This document shows, piece after piece, positions 43,739 to 54,445 of a stretch of 64,000 nucleotides of DNA. Position 1 is the first letter of the stretch. The number at the start of each line of letters is the position of its first letter. A program made the position numbers and the translations under genes. The DNA is from an uncultured Solirubrobacterales bacterium (GTDB taxonomy: Bacteria; Actinomycetota; Thermoleophilia; Solirubrobacterales; Solirubrobacteraceae), in assembly GCA_963839105.1 (NCBI GenBank), contig CAWITQ010000006.1, positions 434,791-498,790 of the forward strand, in the 5' to 3' direction. Under the pieces are notes generated by a model. The model was not told where the DNA came from, made no database searches, and was given only the letters and a program-made list of their open reading frames with translations.

Positions 43739-44502
43739 TATCGCTGACAGATCGCCAGGAAATCGAGCGCACCGTCGAGGCCGTCGGGCCGGAGCGCGAA
43801 GTCGCTCGCTGAGATCGCCGGCGTGAACCAGTCGTAGAACGGCTTGGTGATCCGGAGCGCCGCGTGCACCCGGTCCCACCCGAGCTTCAGCGCCACCTCG
43901 TGCACCCGGAGCTTGCGCGCGTGGAACAGCCCGAGCACCTCGACCTCGCCGAACACCGACCGGCACAGCTCGTCGAAATCGCCGGCGCGGTACTCGCGGA
44001 GGTGCCACGGGTTGTCGGACTTCTCCGCCCCCGGTGGCGCCAGAGTGAGGAGGTTGGGCGTGGAGACGTAGGCGACGCCGCCGGGCGCCAGCAGCCCCCG
44101 GAAATGCGAGAGCACCGCGGCCGCGTCCTGGACGTGCTCGATCGTCTGGAGGAAGACGACGGCGTCGAACGAGCCGGGCTCGCCGTACCACTCGACCGCT
44201 CCACGCTCGAAGGTCAGGTTCTGGCGCTGGTAGCGCAGGCGGGCATGTTCGTGCGCCTCCGGGTTCCCGTCGACCCCGACCACGGTGGCGGCCGAGCGCG
44301 AGAGCACCTCCGATCCGTACCCCTCGCCGCAGGCCATGTCGAGCACACGCTGTCCCGCCACCCTCGCGCCGATCCACTCGTACACGGCTAGATGCCGCCG
44401 GTACCAGTAGTTCTCGGCGGGGACGTCGGGCAGCGTCCGCTCGCCGGTCAACTCGAGCGGGGGAACTCCGGGTGGCTGGTTGCGCTGAACGTGGGCGTTC
44501 AC
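43738..44502 (-). CDS. Class I SAM methyltransferase (Rv3030-like)
   Basis: LTGERTLPDVPAENYWYRRH, DMACGEGYG, QTIEH, STPN motifs. Confidence 0.88.
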   Translation of the reverse strand: MNAHVQRNQPPGVPPLELTGERTLPDVPAENYWYRRHLAVYEWIGARVAGQRVLDMACGEGYGSEVLSRSAATVVGVDGNPEAHEHARLRYQRQNLTFERGAVEWYGEPGSFDAVVFLQTIEHVQDAAAVLSHFRGLLAPGGVAYVSTPNLLTLAPPGAEKSDNPWHLREYRAGDFDELCRSVFGEVEVLGLFHARKLRVHEVALKLGWDRVHAALRITKPFYDWFTPAISASDFALRPDGLDGALDFLAICQR

Positions 44503-44534
44503 TGGCAGGCCGACAGGGTAATGTCCGCGCCGCC

Positions 44535-45449
44535 ATGGAGGCGGTCCGAAAGCCAGACGACATCCGCGACGTCAACACGCGCTACCACGACGTCGCCGCC
44601 GCCGGCTACGACTCCAAGTGGGGCATCGACTTCGGCGAGACCGGCCAGTCCCAGGTCGTGGGCAAGCTGCGAAAGCTCCTCGGACCCGAGCTCGACCGCG
44701 GCTACGAGCGCTCGCTCGAGATCGGCGCCGGCACCGGCTACTTCAGCCTGAACCTCCTCCAGACGGGGGTCGTGAAGCAGGCCACCTGCACCGACATCTC
44801 CCCCGGGATGATCCGGACGCTCAACCTCAACGCCGAGCGCCTCGGCCTCACCGTCCGGACCGCACGCGCCGACGCCGAGTCGCTCCCGTTCCCGAACGCC
44901 AGCTTCGACCTGGTCGTCGGCCATGCCGTGCTCCATCACCTGCCCGACCTCAGGCGCGCCTTCGCCGAGTTTCACCGGGTGCTCCGCCCCGGCGGCCGGA
45001 TCGCCTTCGCCGGCGAGCCCTCGCGCCTCGGGGACCGGATCGCGTCGTTTCCCAAGCGCGGCGCGCATGCGCTCTCGCCGCTCTGGCGCCGGGCGCTCCG
45101 CGCCCGCCCCGCGCCACCGCCCACCCACGACCCGCACGAGGGCCACGAGCACGGCCTCGAGTACCTGGTCGACATCCACGCGTTCACGCCCGCCGACCTG
45201 GCGCGCCACGCCCGCGGCGGCGGCTTCACGGACATCCGCGTCCGCGGCGAGGAGCTCGTGGCCAACTGGTTCGGGTGGTTCAACCGCGCGCTCGAGGCGA
45301 CCGCCGATCAGGACGACGTGCCCATGCTGTGGCGCCAGTACGCCTTCCACGGCTACCTGATGTTCCAGAAGCTCGACGGCCGCGTGCTCGAGCCGATGCT
45401 CCCGCCGGCGATCTTCTACAACCTGCTGCTGAGCGCGCGCAAGCGCTGA
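44535..45449 (+). CDS. Class I SAM methyltransferase (Rv3038c-like)
   Basis: YHD..A..YDSKW, LEIGAGTGYF, DLVVGHAVLHH, FAGEP motifs. Confidence 0.88.
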   Translation: MEAVRKPDDIRDVNTRYHDVAAAGYDSKWGIDFGETGQSQVVGKLRKLLGPELDRGYERSLEIGAGTGYFSLNLLQTGVVKQATCTDISPGMIRTLNLNAERLGLTVRTARADAESLPFPNASFDLVVGHAVLHHLPDLRRAFAEFHRVLRPGGRIAFAGEPSRLGDRIASFPKRGAHALSPLWRRALRARPAPPPTHDPHEGHEHGLEYLVDIHAFTPADLARHARGGGFTDIRVRGEELVANWFGWFNRALEATADQDDVPMLWRQYAFHGYLMFQKLDGRVLEPMLPPAIFYNLLLSARKR

Positions 45450-45481
45450 TCTCGGCGGCGAGGCGGGCCTAGACTCCGCGC

Positions 45482-46109
45482 ATGTCCGAGCACCCGACGC
45501 GCGACTTCCCGCTGTTCCCGCTCGGGCTGGTAGCGCTCCCCGGCGAGATGATTCCGCTGCACATCTTCGAGGAGCGCTACAAGACGATGATGAACGAGTG
45601 CCTGCGCGAGGACCGCGAGTTCGGGATCGTGTGGCTCTCCGACGACGGCCTGCGCGAGATCGGGTGCGCGTGCGAGATCGACCGCGTGCTCGAGCGCATG
45701 GACGACGGCCGTATGAACCTGCTGGCCCGGGGGACGCGGCCGTTCCGGGTCCTCGAGCGCCAGGGCCACCTCGCCTTCCCCGCCGGCGTGATCGAATTCC
45801 TCGAGGACCGCCCCGACGTCCTCGACCCCGACGTCGTGCGGACCGCCCACGAGGCCTACGCCGACCTCGTCCGCCTGGCCACCGACAAGGACCCGGAGGA
45901 GGAGGAGCTGTCCGGCATGTCGGCCTACGCGATGGCCGCCACCGTCGACTTCGGCCTCGACGCCAAGCAGGGCCTGCTCGACCTGCGCTCCGAGAACGCC
46001 CGCCTGCGCCTCGTCACCCGCCTCTTCCGCGCCGCGATCAAGCGCCTCGAGTTCGTCGACCGGGCCCAGGAGCGCGCCCGCTCGAACGGAAAAGTTCGCT
46101 TCGGACTAG
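45482..46109 (+). CDS. LON peptidase substrate-binding (N-terminal) domain protein
   Basis: PLFPL...PLHIFEERY..M, FGIV, DGR motifs; leaderless TAGACT -10; 3' end uncertain. Confidence 0.85.
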
Positions 46110-47026
46110 GCGTTGTAGATGACCATCGCCAGGCCGAACAGGATGCAGTAGACCCCGAACGGCCTCAGGTTCCCGCGCTTGAAGTAGCGCATCAGGAAAT
46201 GCACCGTGAACACCGCGGTGACACCGGCGGCGATGGCGGCAATCACGGCCTCGCCGCGGATGCCCCGGCCGAGCGTTCCGGTGAGATCCGGGAACTTGTA
46301 GACCCCGGCAGCGACGATGATCGGCGTTGCCAGCAGGAAACCGAAGCGGGCGGCGTCTTCATTGTCGAGCCCGCGCGCCAGGCCGGTCGCCATCACCATG
46401 CCATCCCGGCTGATGCCGGCGATCAGCCCCCCGGACTGCGCCAGTCCGATCACGCCCGCCTCGCGGTACTCCAGCGTGTCGAGCACCCGGCCACCATCCT
46501 CCTTCATTCCCTCCCGGCGGGCCAGCGCCCGAATCTCAGACCGGCGGCGTAGCCGTTCGGCCCCAAGCAGGATCAAGCCGTTCACGACAAGGAAGATCGC
46601 CGCGATCTCAGGCTTGGCGGTGGCGGTCCGCAATGTGTGCTCGAGCGCGATACCGAGGATCCCGGTCGGGATGGTCGCGCAGACGATGAGCCAGGCCAAG
46701 CGCTCGGTCGGCGTCTCGACGACCCACTTGCGAAGCCTGACGATCCGGGCCAGGGACGCGAAGAACGCCTTGACGATCGCGACCCAGTCTCGCCAGAAGT
46801 AGATCAGCAGCCCCACCGCGCTCCCCACGTGGAGCATCACGATGAACGCGAGCCACGGAGACTCGGGCTGGGACTGCCAGGCGACGATATTGCTCCACCC
46901 GAACAGCTTCGGGAACAGCACGGTGTGACCCAGGCTGGAGATCGGGAACAGCTCGGAAACTCCCTGCAGAACGCCCAAGACGATCGCCTGAAAGGTCGTG
47001 ATTAGGGTCGAAGCGATGGCTAGCAC
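46106..47026 (-). CDS. uppP: Undecaprenyl-diphosphatase
   Basis: QGVSELFPISSLGH, GISR.G, AARFGFLL motifs. Confidence 0.92.
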   Translation of the reverse strand: MLAIASTLITTFQAIVLGVLQGVSELFPISSLGHTVLFPKLFGWSNIVAWQSQPESPWLAFIVMLHVGSAVGLLIYFWRDWVAIVKAFFASLARIVRLRKWVVETPTERLAWLIVCATIPTGILGIALEHTLRTATAKPEIAAIFLVVNGLILLGAERLRRRSEIRALARREGMKEDGGRVLDTLEYREAGVIGLAQSGGLIAGISRDGMVMATGLARGLDNEDAARFGFLLATPIIVAAGVYKFPDLTGTLGRGIRGEAVIAAIAAGVTAVFTVHFLMRYFKRGNLRPFGVYCILFGLAMVIYNA

Positions 47027-47061
47027 AAGGCGGGAACGGTAGCGGGGCGGGTAACGATTGG

Positions 47062-47469
47062 CTAAGTGAGGCCGCAGGGCCCCTGAGCGGCGTCCACGGC
47101 GAACTGCTCCGCCTGAGCCAGCTCCTGATGGCGGCTGCCGGCGGTGTCAGGAAAGTCGATGGTGCCATCTTGCAGGCGCACCGTGTATGAGAAAACGCTG
47201 TTCGAGGGTCGCTTTATCCGCAGGCCGGATTTGGCGTCCATATCGAGGCTGTTGGCCAGGTCGCGCGCCACCAGCAGCATCCGGTCCGAGAGCCGACTGG
47301 CCGCCCGGCCGTTGCACCGGATCGCCCCCGAGTCGTTGACCAGGAGCGTGAGCTTCTGGCCCTGCCCCGTCCGCGTGAGCACGAACAGATCCGGGGACTG
47401 GATGTCGGCGGCGCAGCCGCACAACAGGGCACCAGCCAGCGCCGCGACCCCCCACCGAAGCGCCCTCAA
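47062..47469 (-). CDS. Hypothetical lipoprotein
   Basis: TTGA overlap with the ggt stop; LLCGC lipobox-like signal. Confidence 0.6.
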   Translation of the reverse strand: MRALRWGVAALAGALLCGCAADIQSPDLFVLTRTGQGQKLTLLVNDSGAIRCNGRAASRLSDRMLLVARDLANSLDMDAKSGLRIKRPSNSVFSYTVRLQDGTIDFPDTAGSRHQELAQAEQFAVDAAQGPCGLT

Positions 47470-48975
47470 GCCGCCACCACGACGGCGGCGCCGCCGCGCC
47501 GCGGGTCCCCCGCCCCCCAGAACTCCCCGGAAGCGTCGCGCTCGGCGGCCTGCACCCCGCCGAAGAACAGGTTCCGCCGCCGAAAGCGGGCGATCGTGCG
47601 GCCGGCGCGCTCGAGCTCCCCCGTCTCGACCCCCGGCTCGACGTACACCACGCCGTCCTCGAAGTGCATGCGCGGCGCGTCCACCGCCTCGGGCGCGCGC
47701 AGACCCTCGTCGATCACCCGGACCACCGTCTGGAGGATCGCCGAGCGGATCCGGTTCGAGCCGGCGCTCCCGAGCACGAGCTCGGGACGGCCGTCGCGGC
47801 GCACGATCGTGGGCGCCATCATGCTCGGCAGCCGCCGCCCCGGCGGGTGGCGGTGAAAGCCCAGCGGATTGAGGTCCTGCTCGCCGAGCATGTTGTTCAG
47901 GTGGAGCCCCGTTCCCGGGACCACCACGCCCGAGCAGGAGCCGTTCGAGCAGGTCACCGAGCACGCCCCGCCCTCGGCGTCGAGCACCGAGATGTGCGTC
48001 GTCGACCCGAGCGGACCGGCGGTCGCGTCGCCGCCCAGGAACCGCTCGACGAATTCGGGGTCGTCGAGGCCCTCGAGGAACTCCGCGGTGCGGAGGCTCT
48101 GCGTGCGATCCATCACGGTGACGAGCTGCTCGACGCCCGGTGGCGCCGGGCCATCCTCCAGCAGGTCGAGCGCCCGCGCGATCAGGATCCCGCCCGCCGA
48201 CGGCGGCGGGTTGGTCAGGACCTCGTGGCCGCGGTAGGAGACGCGGATCGGCGCCCGGTCGACGACCTCGTAGCCCGCCAGATCCTCGGCCGTGAGCGTC
48301 CCGCCCCGGGCCTCGACCCATTCGACGACGGCGCCGGCGACGTCGCCCGAGTAGAACGGGCGCCGCACCCTCGCTCGCCAGCCGCTCGAGCGCATCGGCC
48401 AGGTCGGGCTGGTGCATCGTGTCGCCCGTCTGGAGCAGCTTCCCCTCGGGCGCGAACAGCGCCGCTGACTCGGGCGTGGCCGTGCCGATGTCCCCGAGGA
48501 TCTCGATCAGGTAGCCCTGCTGCTCGTTCAGCACGACGCCGTCGCGCGCGAGCCGCGCCGCCGGCGCCACCAGGTCGCGCAGCGGCACGGTCCCGAACCG
48601 CTCAGAGGCCGCGCACACCCCCGCCGGCACCCCGTAGGCGCCGACCGAGGCCGCGCCGATGTTGAACACCTGGATCGCGTCTCCGAAGGACACGCTGATC
48701 GGCACGAGCTCCGAGCGGGCGGCGGGGTCGGCGCCGTGACCGGGCGCCTCGACGAAGAAGTCGAGCAGCGCGGGCTCCTGGCCGGGCTCGGACACGAGCA
48801 TGTAGCCGCCGGCCCCGAGGCCCGTCAGCAGCGGCTCGCACACGAACGAGACGAGCATCGCGCCGAGCGCGGCGTCGACGGCGTTGCCGCCCGCGCGCAG
48901 GACGTCGGCGCCGGCCTGCGCCGTCAACGCATGGCCGGCGGCCACGACACCGAGCTGCCGCTCTGACACGGTCAC
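47466..48975 (-). CDS. ggt: Gamma-glutamyltransferase family protein (frameshift near 48360)
   Basis: GGNAVDAA, TTHISVLD autoprocessing Thr, LNNMLGE, SMMAPT, DPRR motifs. Confidence 0.9.
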
Positions 48976-49016
48976 ACCATACGGGCCGCGGGCAGCCCCG
49001 CGGCCCGAACGCCGGC

Positions 49017-50519
49017 TTAGCGGCGCGGCATGAACTCGGGGACGTCGAGCTCGAGCGGGGAGCGCTGGCGCACCCGGCTCACCCGAGGCTCGCCGGCGGG
49101 CTCATGCAGCGTCCGGGGCCGCTCCTCGACCGCCCGGCGCTGCTCGCGCTCCTCGCGCCGCGGGCGGCCGTCGCCGAAGCCGGTGGCCACGACCGTCACC
49201 CACACCTGATCGTCGAGCTTCTCGTCGACCATCGCGCCGAAGATGATGTTGGCGTCGGGATGGGCCGCCTCGGCGACCGCCTTGGCCGCCTCGTTGACCT
49301 CCCACAGCGACAGGTCGCGGCCGGCGGTGATCGAGAGCAGGATCGAGTGGGCGCCGTCCATGCTCGTCTCGAGCAGCGGCGAGGCGACGGCGCGTTCGGC
49401 GGCGTCGATGGCGCGCCGCTCGCCCGTGCCCATGCCGATGCCGAGCAGCGCGCTGCCGGCGCCGGACATGATCGTGCGCACGTCCGCGAAGTCGAGGTTG
49501 ATCAGCCCGGGCAGGGTGACCAAGTCCGAGATGCCCTGCACGCCCTGGCGGAGCACATCGTCGGCGACCCGGAACGCCTCCACCATCGACGTGTTGCGCT
49601 CGAGCACCGACAGCAGCCGGTTGTTGGGCACGACGATCAGAGTGTCGACCTCTTCGGCCAGCGCCGCGATTCCCGCCTCCGCCTGCTCACGCCGGCGCGA
49701 CCCCTCGAAGTGGAACGGGCGGGTCACGATCCCCACGGTGAGCGCACCCAGCTCGCGTGCGATCTGGGCGACGATCGGTGCCGCACCGGTACCCGTGCCG
49801 CCACCGGAGCCGGCGGCGATGAAGACCATGTCCGAGCCGCGGAGCATCGCCTTGATGCGGTCGTACTCCTCGCGCGCGGCCTGGCGGCCGAGATCGGGGT
49901 TCGAGCCCGAGCCGAGGCCCTTGGTCACCGACTCGCCGATGTGGAGGGTCTCGTGAGCGGCCGACTGCTGGAGCGACTGCAGGTCGGTGTTCATCGCCAG
50001 GAACTCGACGCCCGCGATCTGGGCCTCGACCATCCGGTTGACGGCGTTGACGCCGGCGCCACCGACGCCGACGACGCGGATCACCGGCATCCCGAGCGGA
50101 CGCGCCTGCCCCGCCGGCTCCGACGCCCGCTCGGGCCGCGCGAACACGTCGGGCTCGGGCATCGACGCCGGCGCGGACCGGTGCGCAGACGCCGGAGGGT
50201 CCATCAGGCTGTCGGGGATGTCGGCCGAGAAGGCGCTGCGCAGGCGCTCCTGCGCCGAGGGGGCCGGCGGCGGCTGGGCGGGCTCCCAGTCGGGCGCGGC
50301 GGTCGGTCCGTCGAGCGAGGGGTGCGGCACCGAGCGGCGCTCCGGAGCGGGGGGCTCCGGCGCCGGGGGTGCGGGCTCGGCCGCCACGGGCGGGAGCGGG
50401 GGCGCGGCGGCGGCCTCCTCGGTCGGTGCCTGAGCCGGCGGAGACGCGTCCTCAGCGGTCTTTCGGAAGAGGTCCGCGAGCGGTCCTTCGCGCATACTCG
50501 CGCGCTTACCGATTGCCAT
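49017..50519 (-). CDS. ftsZ: Cell division protein FtsZ with long N-terminal extension
   Basis: [30 protein letters not shown]-terminal LDVPEF; about 145 extra N-terminal residues. Confidence 0.95.
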   Translation of the reverse strand: MAIGKRASMREGPLADLFRKTAEDASPPAQAPTEEAAAAPPLPPVAAEPAPPAPEPPAPERRSVPHPSLDGPTAAPDWEPAQPPPAPSAQERLRSAFSADIPDSLMDPPASAHRSAPASMPEPDVFARPERASEPAGQARPLGMPVIRVVGVGGAGVNAVNRMVEAQIAGVEFLAMNTDLQSLQQSAAHETLHIGESVTKGLGSGSNPDLGRQAAREEYDRIKAMLRGSDMVFIAAGSGGGTGTGAAPIVAQIARELGALTVGIVTRPFHFEGSRRREQAEAGIAALAEEVDTLIVVPNNRLLSVLERNTSMVEAFRVADDVLRQGVQGISDLVTLPGLINLDFADVRTIMSGAGSALLGIGMGTGERRAIDAAERAVASPLLETSMDGAHSILLSITAGRDLSLWEVNEAAKAVAEAAHPDANIIFGAMVDEKLDDQVWVTVVATGFGDGRPRREEREQRRAVEERPRTLHEPAGEPRVSRVRQRSPLELDVPEFMPRR

Positions 50520-51267
50520 TCGAGAGGACCTCCTTCGCAAGCTGCCTGTAGGCGTGAGCGGCCAAGCCGTCCGGATCGTATTTGAGCACCGACATCCCTT
50601 TCACAGGAGCTTCGGCAAAACGCACCGTTTTGCGGATTCTGGATGCGAACACGCGGTCCCCGAAGTTCTCCTCGAGCAGCTCGATCGCCTCTTTGGCATG
50701 CAGCGTTCGTGTGTCCACGAGCGTCGGCAGGATTCCTTCGATGTCGACATCTGGATTCAGGTTCTCGCGGATCATCGCCAGCGTGTTCTGCAGCTGGATC
50801 AGCCCGCGCATCGACAAATACTCGCATTGGACGGGGACGATCACCTTGTCGGCGGCCGTGAGCGCGTTGATCGTCAGCAGGCCGAGGCTCGGCGGGGTGT
50901 CGATGAAGACCGAGTCGTAGTCCTCGCGGAGCGGCCTCAGGGCCTTCTCGAGCGAGCGCTCGCGGCCGATCATCGTCGACATCGCGATCTCCGCGCCGGC
51001 CAGGTCGATCGAGGCGCAGGCCACGTCGACCTCGCGCTTGCGGATCACCTCGCGCATCGACAGGTGGTGCACGAGCACGTCGTACATCGACTTGTCGAGC
51101 GTGTCCGGATCGATGCCCTGGGACATCGTCAGGTTGCCCTGGGGGTCCATGTCCACGCACAGCACGCGGTGGCCCTCCTCGGCGAAGGCCACGGCTAGGT
51201 TCAGCGTGGTCGTGGTCTTGGCGACGCCGCCCTTCTGGTTGGCAAACGCGATCACCTTGGCGCTCAC
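50506..51267 (-). CDS. ParA/Soj family ATPase
   Basis: [33 protein letters not shown] motifs. Confidence 0.94.
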   Translation of the reverse strand: MSAKVIAFANQKGGVAKTTTTLNLAVAFAEEGHRVLCVDMDPQGNLTMSQGIDPDTLDKSMYDVLVHHLSMREVIRKREVDVACASIDLAGAEIAMSTMIGRERSLEKALRPLREDYDSVFIDTPPSLGLLTINALTAADKVIVPVQCEYLSMRGLIQLQNTLAMIRENLNPDVDIEGILPTLVDTRTLHAKEAIELLEENFGDRVFASRIRKTVRFAEAPVKGMSVLKYDPDGLAAHAYRQLAKEVLSNGNR

Positions 51268-51354
51268 AAGAGGCTCCGATGCGTCGTGGGACTCATACGC
51301 GGCTGTATTCGGAGCACGCGCGCGGATTCCTTGCCCCCACTATGTTTCGCCCCC

Positions 51355-52284
51355 GTGCCAGCGCTCCTCGAGAAACGGCTCCTGTTCGTCACCGGCAAGG
51401 GCGGCGTGGGCAAGTCGACGGTGGCGACGGCCCTGGGGCTGCTGGCGGCGCGGCGCGGGCTGCGCACGATCGTCGCCGAGCTGGCCGCCCAGTCACGCGT
51501 GCAGCAGAGCTTCGACCACGAGGCCGAGCCCTTCCGCGAGGTCGAGCTCGCGCCCGGGCTGTTCACGATCTCGATCGACCCCCACAACGCGATGGAGGAG
51601 TACCTCCGGGTCAAGGCCGGCGCGCTCGGGCACGTCCTGAGCTCGAGCCGGCTGTTCAACGCCCTGGCGATGGCCACCCCCGGCCTGCGCGAGCTCCTCG
51701 GCGTCGGCAAGGTGTGGGAGCTGGCCCAGTTTCACCGGCGGACCCGCGGCGCCGACCCCTATGACCTGGTGATCGTCGATGCGCCGGCGAGCGGGCACGG
51801 CGTGGCCATCCTGCGCACGCCGCGGACGTTCGCCGACATCGCCCGCGTGGGCCCGATCGCCCATCAGGGGCGGATCATCGCCGCCACCATCGCCGACCAC
51901 GACTTCACGGGCGTCATCGCCGTCGCCACCCCGGAGGAGATGCCGGTCAACGAGACCCTGTGGCTGCGCGACGCGCTCGCCCGCGAGGAGCTTCCCCTCG
52001 ACGCGGTGATCGTCAACGCGATCTACCCGGACCGCTTCGCCCCCGCCGAGGTCGCGAAGCTCGACGGCGCCCTCGAGCAGGCCGACTCGCCGCTGACCCG
52101 GGCGGCGGTGAAGGCCGCCCTCTCCGAGCACGCCCGGGCCCGGGTCCAGCGTGAGCAGCAGGCTCGGCTCCGCGCCGAGCTCGACGGCTCCGTGCTCGAG
52201 CTCCCCTACGTGTTCGCCGATCACATCGACCTGCCGCAGCTCGAGCTGCTCGCTGGCGCGCTCGAGGAGGGGCTCTCGAGGTGA
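51355..52284 (+). CDS. ArsA/Get3-like ATPase (Rv3679-like)
   Basis: GKGGVGKST, DAPASGH, PEEMPV.ET motifs. Confidence 0.88.
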   Translation: MPALLEKRLLFVTGKGGVGKSTVATALGLLAARRGLRTIVAELAAQSRVQQSFDHEAEPFREVELAPGLFTISIDPHNAMEEYLRVKAGALGHVLSSSRLFNALAMATPGLRELLGVGKVWELAQFHRRTRGADPYDLVIVDAPASGHGVAILRTPRTFADIARVGPIAHQGRIIAATIADHDFTGVIAVATPEEMPVNETLWLRDALAREELPLDAVIVNAIYPDRFAPAEVAKLDGALEQADSPLTRAAVKAALSEHARARVQREQQARLRAELDGSVLELPYVFADHIDLPQLELLAGALEEGLSR

Positions 52285-53417
52285 GCGTCGCCGACCTGCT
52301 CGAGGGCAAGCGCGTGTGCGTGTGCGGCGGTTCCGGTGGCGTGGGCAAGACCACCACCTCGGCGGCGATCGCGCTCGGGATGGCCGCCCGCGGCGCCAAG
52401 GTGGCGGTGGTGACGATCGACCCGGCCAAGCGCCTGGCGAACGCGCTCGGGCTCGAGGAGCTCAACAACGAGCCCCACCGCGTCGAGCTCTCGGGAGGGC
52501 GCGTGCGGATGCGCGGCGAGCTGTGGGCGATGATGCTCGACCCGAAGCGGACCTTCGACGACCTGATCGACCGGATCGCCCCCGACGACGCCCGGGCCCA
52601 CGAGATCAAGGCAAACCGCGTCTACCGAGAGCTCTCGACCGCCGTCTCCGGCTCGCAGGAGTTCACGGCCATCGCCAAGCTCTACGACCTCGACCAGGAG
52701 GGCGACTTCGACCTGCTGGTGCTGGACACGCCGCCCTCGCGCAACGCGCTCGACTTCTTCGATGCTCCCGGCCGGCTGTCCTCGCTCTTCGAGGGCCGCA
52801 CGCTCAAGGCGTTCATCCGCCCCACCGGCGTGGGGATGCGAGTGCTCGGTCGCGGCGCCGCTCCCGTGCTCAGCGCCCTGCGCCGCGTCACCGGGGTCGA
52901 TCTGCTCGCCGACATCTCGACCTTCTTTCACCTGCTCGAGGGCATGACCGGAGACTTCACGGAGCGGGCGGCCCAGGTCGAGCAGATGCTCCGCGCGCCC
53001 ACGACGGCGTTCCTGCTCGTAACCTCCCCCCAGCACGCGCCGATCGAGGAGGCCATGTGGTTTCAGCAGACGCTGGCCGAGCAGGGCCTCGAGTTCGCCG
53101 GCGTGGTCGTCAACCGGGTGCACCACGACGTGCTCGGCGACAGCGAGCCCGCGGACCTGCTCGACGCCCTCAAGGAGGCGCTGCCGCGGGCGCTGGCCGA
53201 GCGCGTGGCCGAGAACTTCCGTGACTACCACGTCCTCGCCCGGCGCGACGATCGCAACATCGCGCGCCTCGCCGGCGAGGTGGACGGCCGGCCGCTGCTG
53301 CTCGTGCCGCACCTCGACGACGACGTGCACGACATCGACGGGCTACTACGGGTCAGGCGCTACCTGTTCGCCTCCGCCGCCGAGCGGCGGAGGCTGATCG
53401 CCGAGGTCGTGGCCTGA
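52281..53417 (+). CDS. ArsA/Get3-like ATPase (Rv3680-like)
   Basis: GSGGVGKTT, TIDPAKRLA, DTPPSRNALDF motifs. Confidence 0.9.
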   Translation: MSVADLLEGKRVCVCGGSGGVGKTTTSAAIALGMAARGAKVAVVTIDPAKRLANALGLEELNNEPHRVELSGGRVRMRGELWAMMLDPKRTFDDLIDRIAPDDARAHEIKANRVYRELSTAVSGSQEFTAIAKLYDLDQEGDFDLLVLDTPPSRNALDFFDAPGRLSSLFEGRTLKAFIRPTGVGMRVLGRGAAPVLSALRRVTGVDLLADISTFFHLLEGMTGDFTERAAQVEQMLRAPTTAFLLVTSPQHAPIEEAMWFQQTLAEQGLEFAGVVVNRVHHDVLGDSEPADLLDALKEALPRALAERVAENFRDYHVLARRDDRNIARLAGEVDGRPLLLVPHLDDDVHDIDGLLRVRRYLFASAAERRRLIAEVVA

Positions 53418-53945
53418 GGGCGCGACGACCAGCGCGTCCTCGCTCCAGCTCTCCCAGCGCAGCAGCACCGGCGCCCACTGCCCGCGCTCGAGCGGACCGT
53501 CGGGGCCGCTCAGGCTCAGCCGGCCCTCGTGCAGGAGCTCCCACACGGCCCGCTCGGCCAGCGCCAGGCGGTCGCTCGCGCGCGCCTGCGCATGGCCCTC
53601 GCCGGCCAGCGCCACCACCTCGGACAGGCTCACACGCCCACGCCCCACCAGCGTCTCCTTGAAGCGCGCCACCGAGGCCCGGCCCTCGTCGAGGACGCGG
53701 GCGGTCACGTCCTCACCCCCGCGCGTGACCGTGGCCCAGCCGCGGCCCATCCCCATCTCCTCGCCGCGCACCTCGGCGCCCTCGTAGATCGTCAGCCGCG
53801 CCTTGGCCGGCTCCCAGGAGCGCTCGTCGAGCTCGACCGCGGCACCCGCGACCCACGGCCGGACGAACCGCTCATCGAGCTGCTCTCGCGTCAGGTTGAA
53901 CGCGCGGGCCACATGCGGGAAGCGGCGCAGCTCGACGTGGAACAT
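53346..53945 (-). CDS. Hypothetical protein
   Basis: ATG 4 nt after the ppa stop; plausible composition; 3' end overlaps the convergent gene. Confidence 0.6.
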   Translation of the reverse strand: MFHVELRRFPHVARAFNLTREQLDERFVRPWVAGAAVELDERSWEPAKARLTIYEGAEVRGEEMGMGRGWATVTRGGEDVTARVLDEGRASVARFKETLVGRGRVSLSEVVALAGEGHAQARASDRLALAERAVWELLHEGRLSLSGPDGPLERGQWAPVLLRWESWSEDALVVAPSGHDLGDQPPPLGGGGEQVAPDP

Positions 53946-53949
53946 CCGA

Positions 53950-54441
53950 CTACTTGTGGTTGCGGAACGCCTCCCGCGCCTTCTCGATCGCCTCGAGCGC
54001 GGCGTCGACGTCGCCCCATCCCTGAACCTCGGAATGCTTTTCAGGGTCGAGGTCCTTGTAGACCGTGAAGTAGTGGACGAGCTCGGCGCGCAGCTGCTGC
54101 GGCAGGTCGTCGACCTTCTCGACGTGATTCCAGCCGGGATCGGCGCACGGCACGCACACCACGTGGTCGTCGGGGCCCTTCTCGTCGCTCATGCGGAACA
54201 GCCCCACCACCTTCGACTCGACGATGCAGCCGGGAAAGGTCGGCTCGGAAACGCAGACGAGGACGTCGAGCGGATCCCCGTCGGGGGCGAGCGTGTCGGG
54301 CACATATCCGTAGTCGGTGGGGTACACCACCGAGGCGGACACGAACCGGTCGAGCTTGAAGCCACCCAGCTCGGGGTCGTACTCGTACTTGTTGCGAGAG
54401 CCCTTGGGGATCTCGATGATGCAGACCAGCTCTTCGGCCAT
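53950..54441 (-). CDS. ppa: Inorganic pyrophosphatase (family I)
   Basis: EIPKGSRNKYE, YGYVP.TL..DGDPLD, DEKGPD motifs. Confidence 0.95.
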   Translation of the reverse strand: MAEELVCIIEIPKGSRNKYEYDPELGGFKLDRFVSASVVYPTDYGYVPDTLAPDGDPLDVLVCVSEPTFPGCIVESKVVGLFRMSDEKGPDDHVVCVPCADPGWNHVEKVDDLPQQLRAELVHYFTVYKDLDPEKHSEVQGWGDVDAALEAIEKAREAFRNHK

Positions 54442-54445
54442 CGTG

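Noticed and set aside
41801-44578. 925-aa ORF ending in MeaB, and other long Arg/Gly-rich ORFs
   Set aside because: Shadow frames of high-GC DNA overlapping well-supported genes
45482-46552. LON-domain protein with long C-terminal extension antisense to uppP
   Set aside because: Recognisable sequence ends near NGKVRFG; the extension is the uppP antisense shadow, probably from a lost stop
47062-48975. GGT-lipoprotein fusion (637-aa ORF)
   Set aside because: A frameshift near 48360 joins frames; GGT ends at 47466 and the lipoprotein has its own TTG
51355-53417. Arsenic resistance locus
   Set aside because: No arsB, arsC, arsD or arsR; the pair matches the widespread actinobacterial Get3-like ATPase pair
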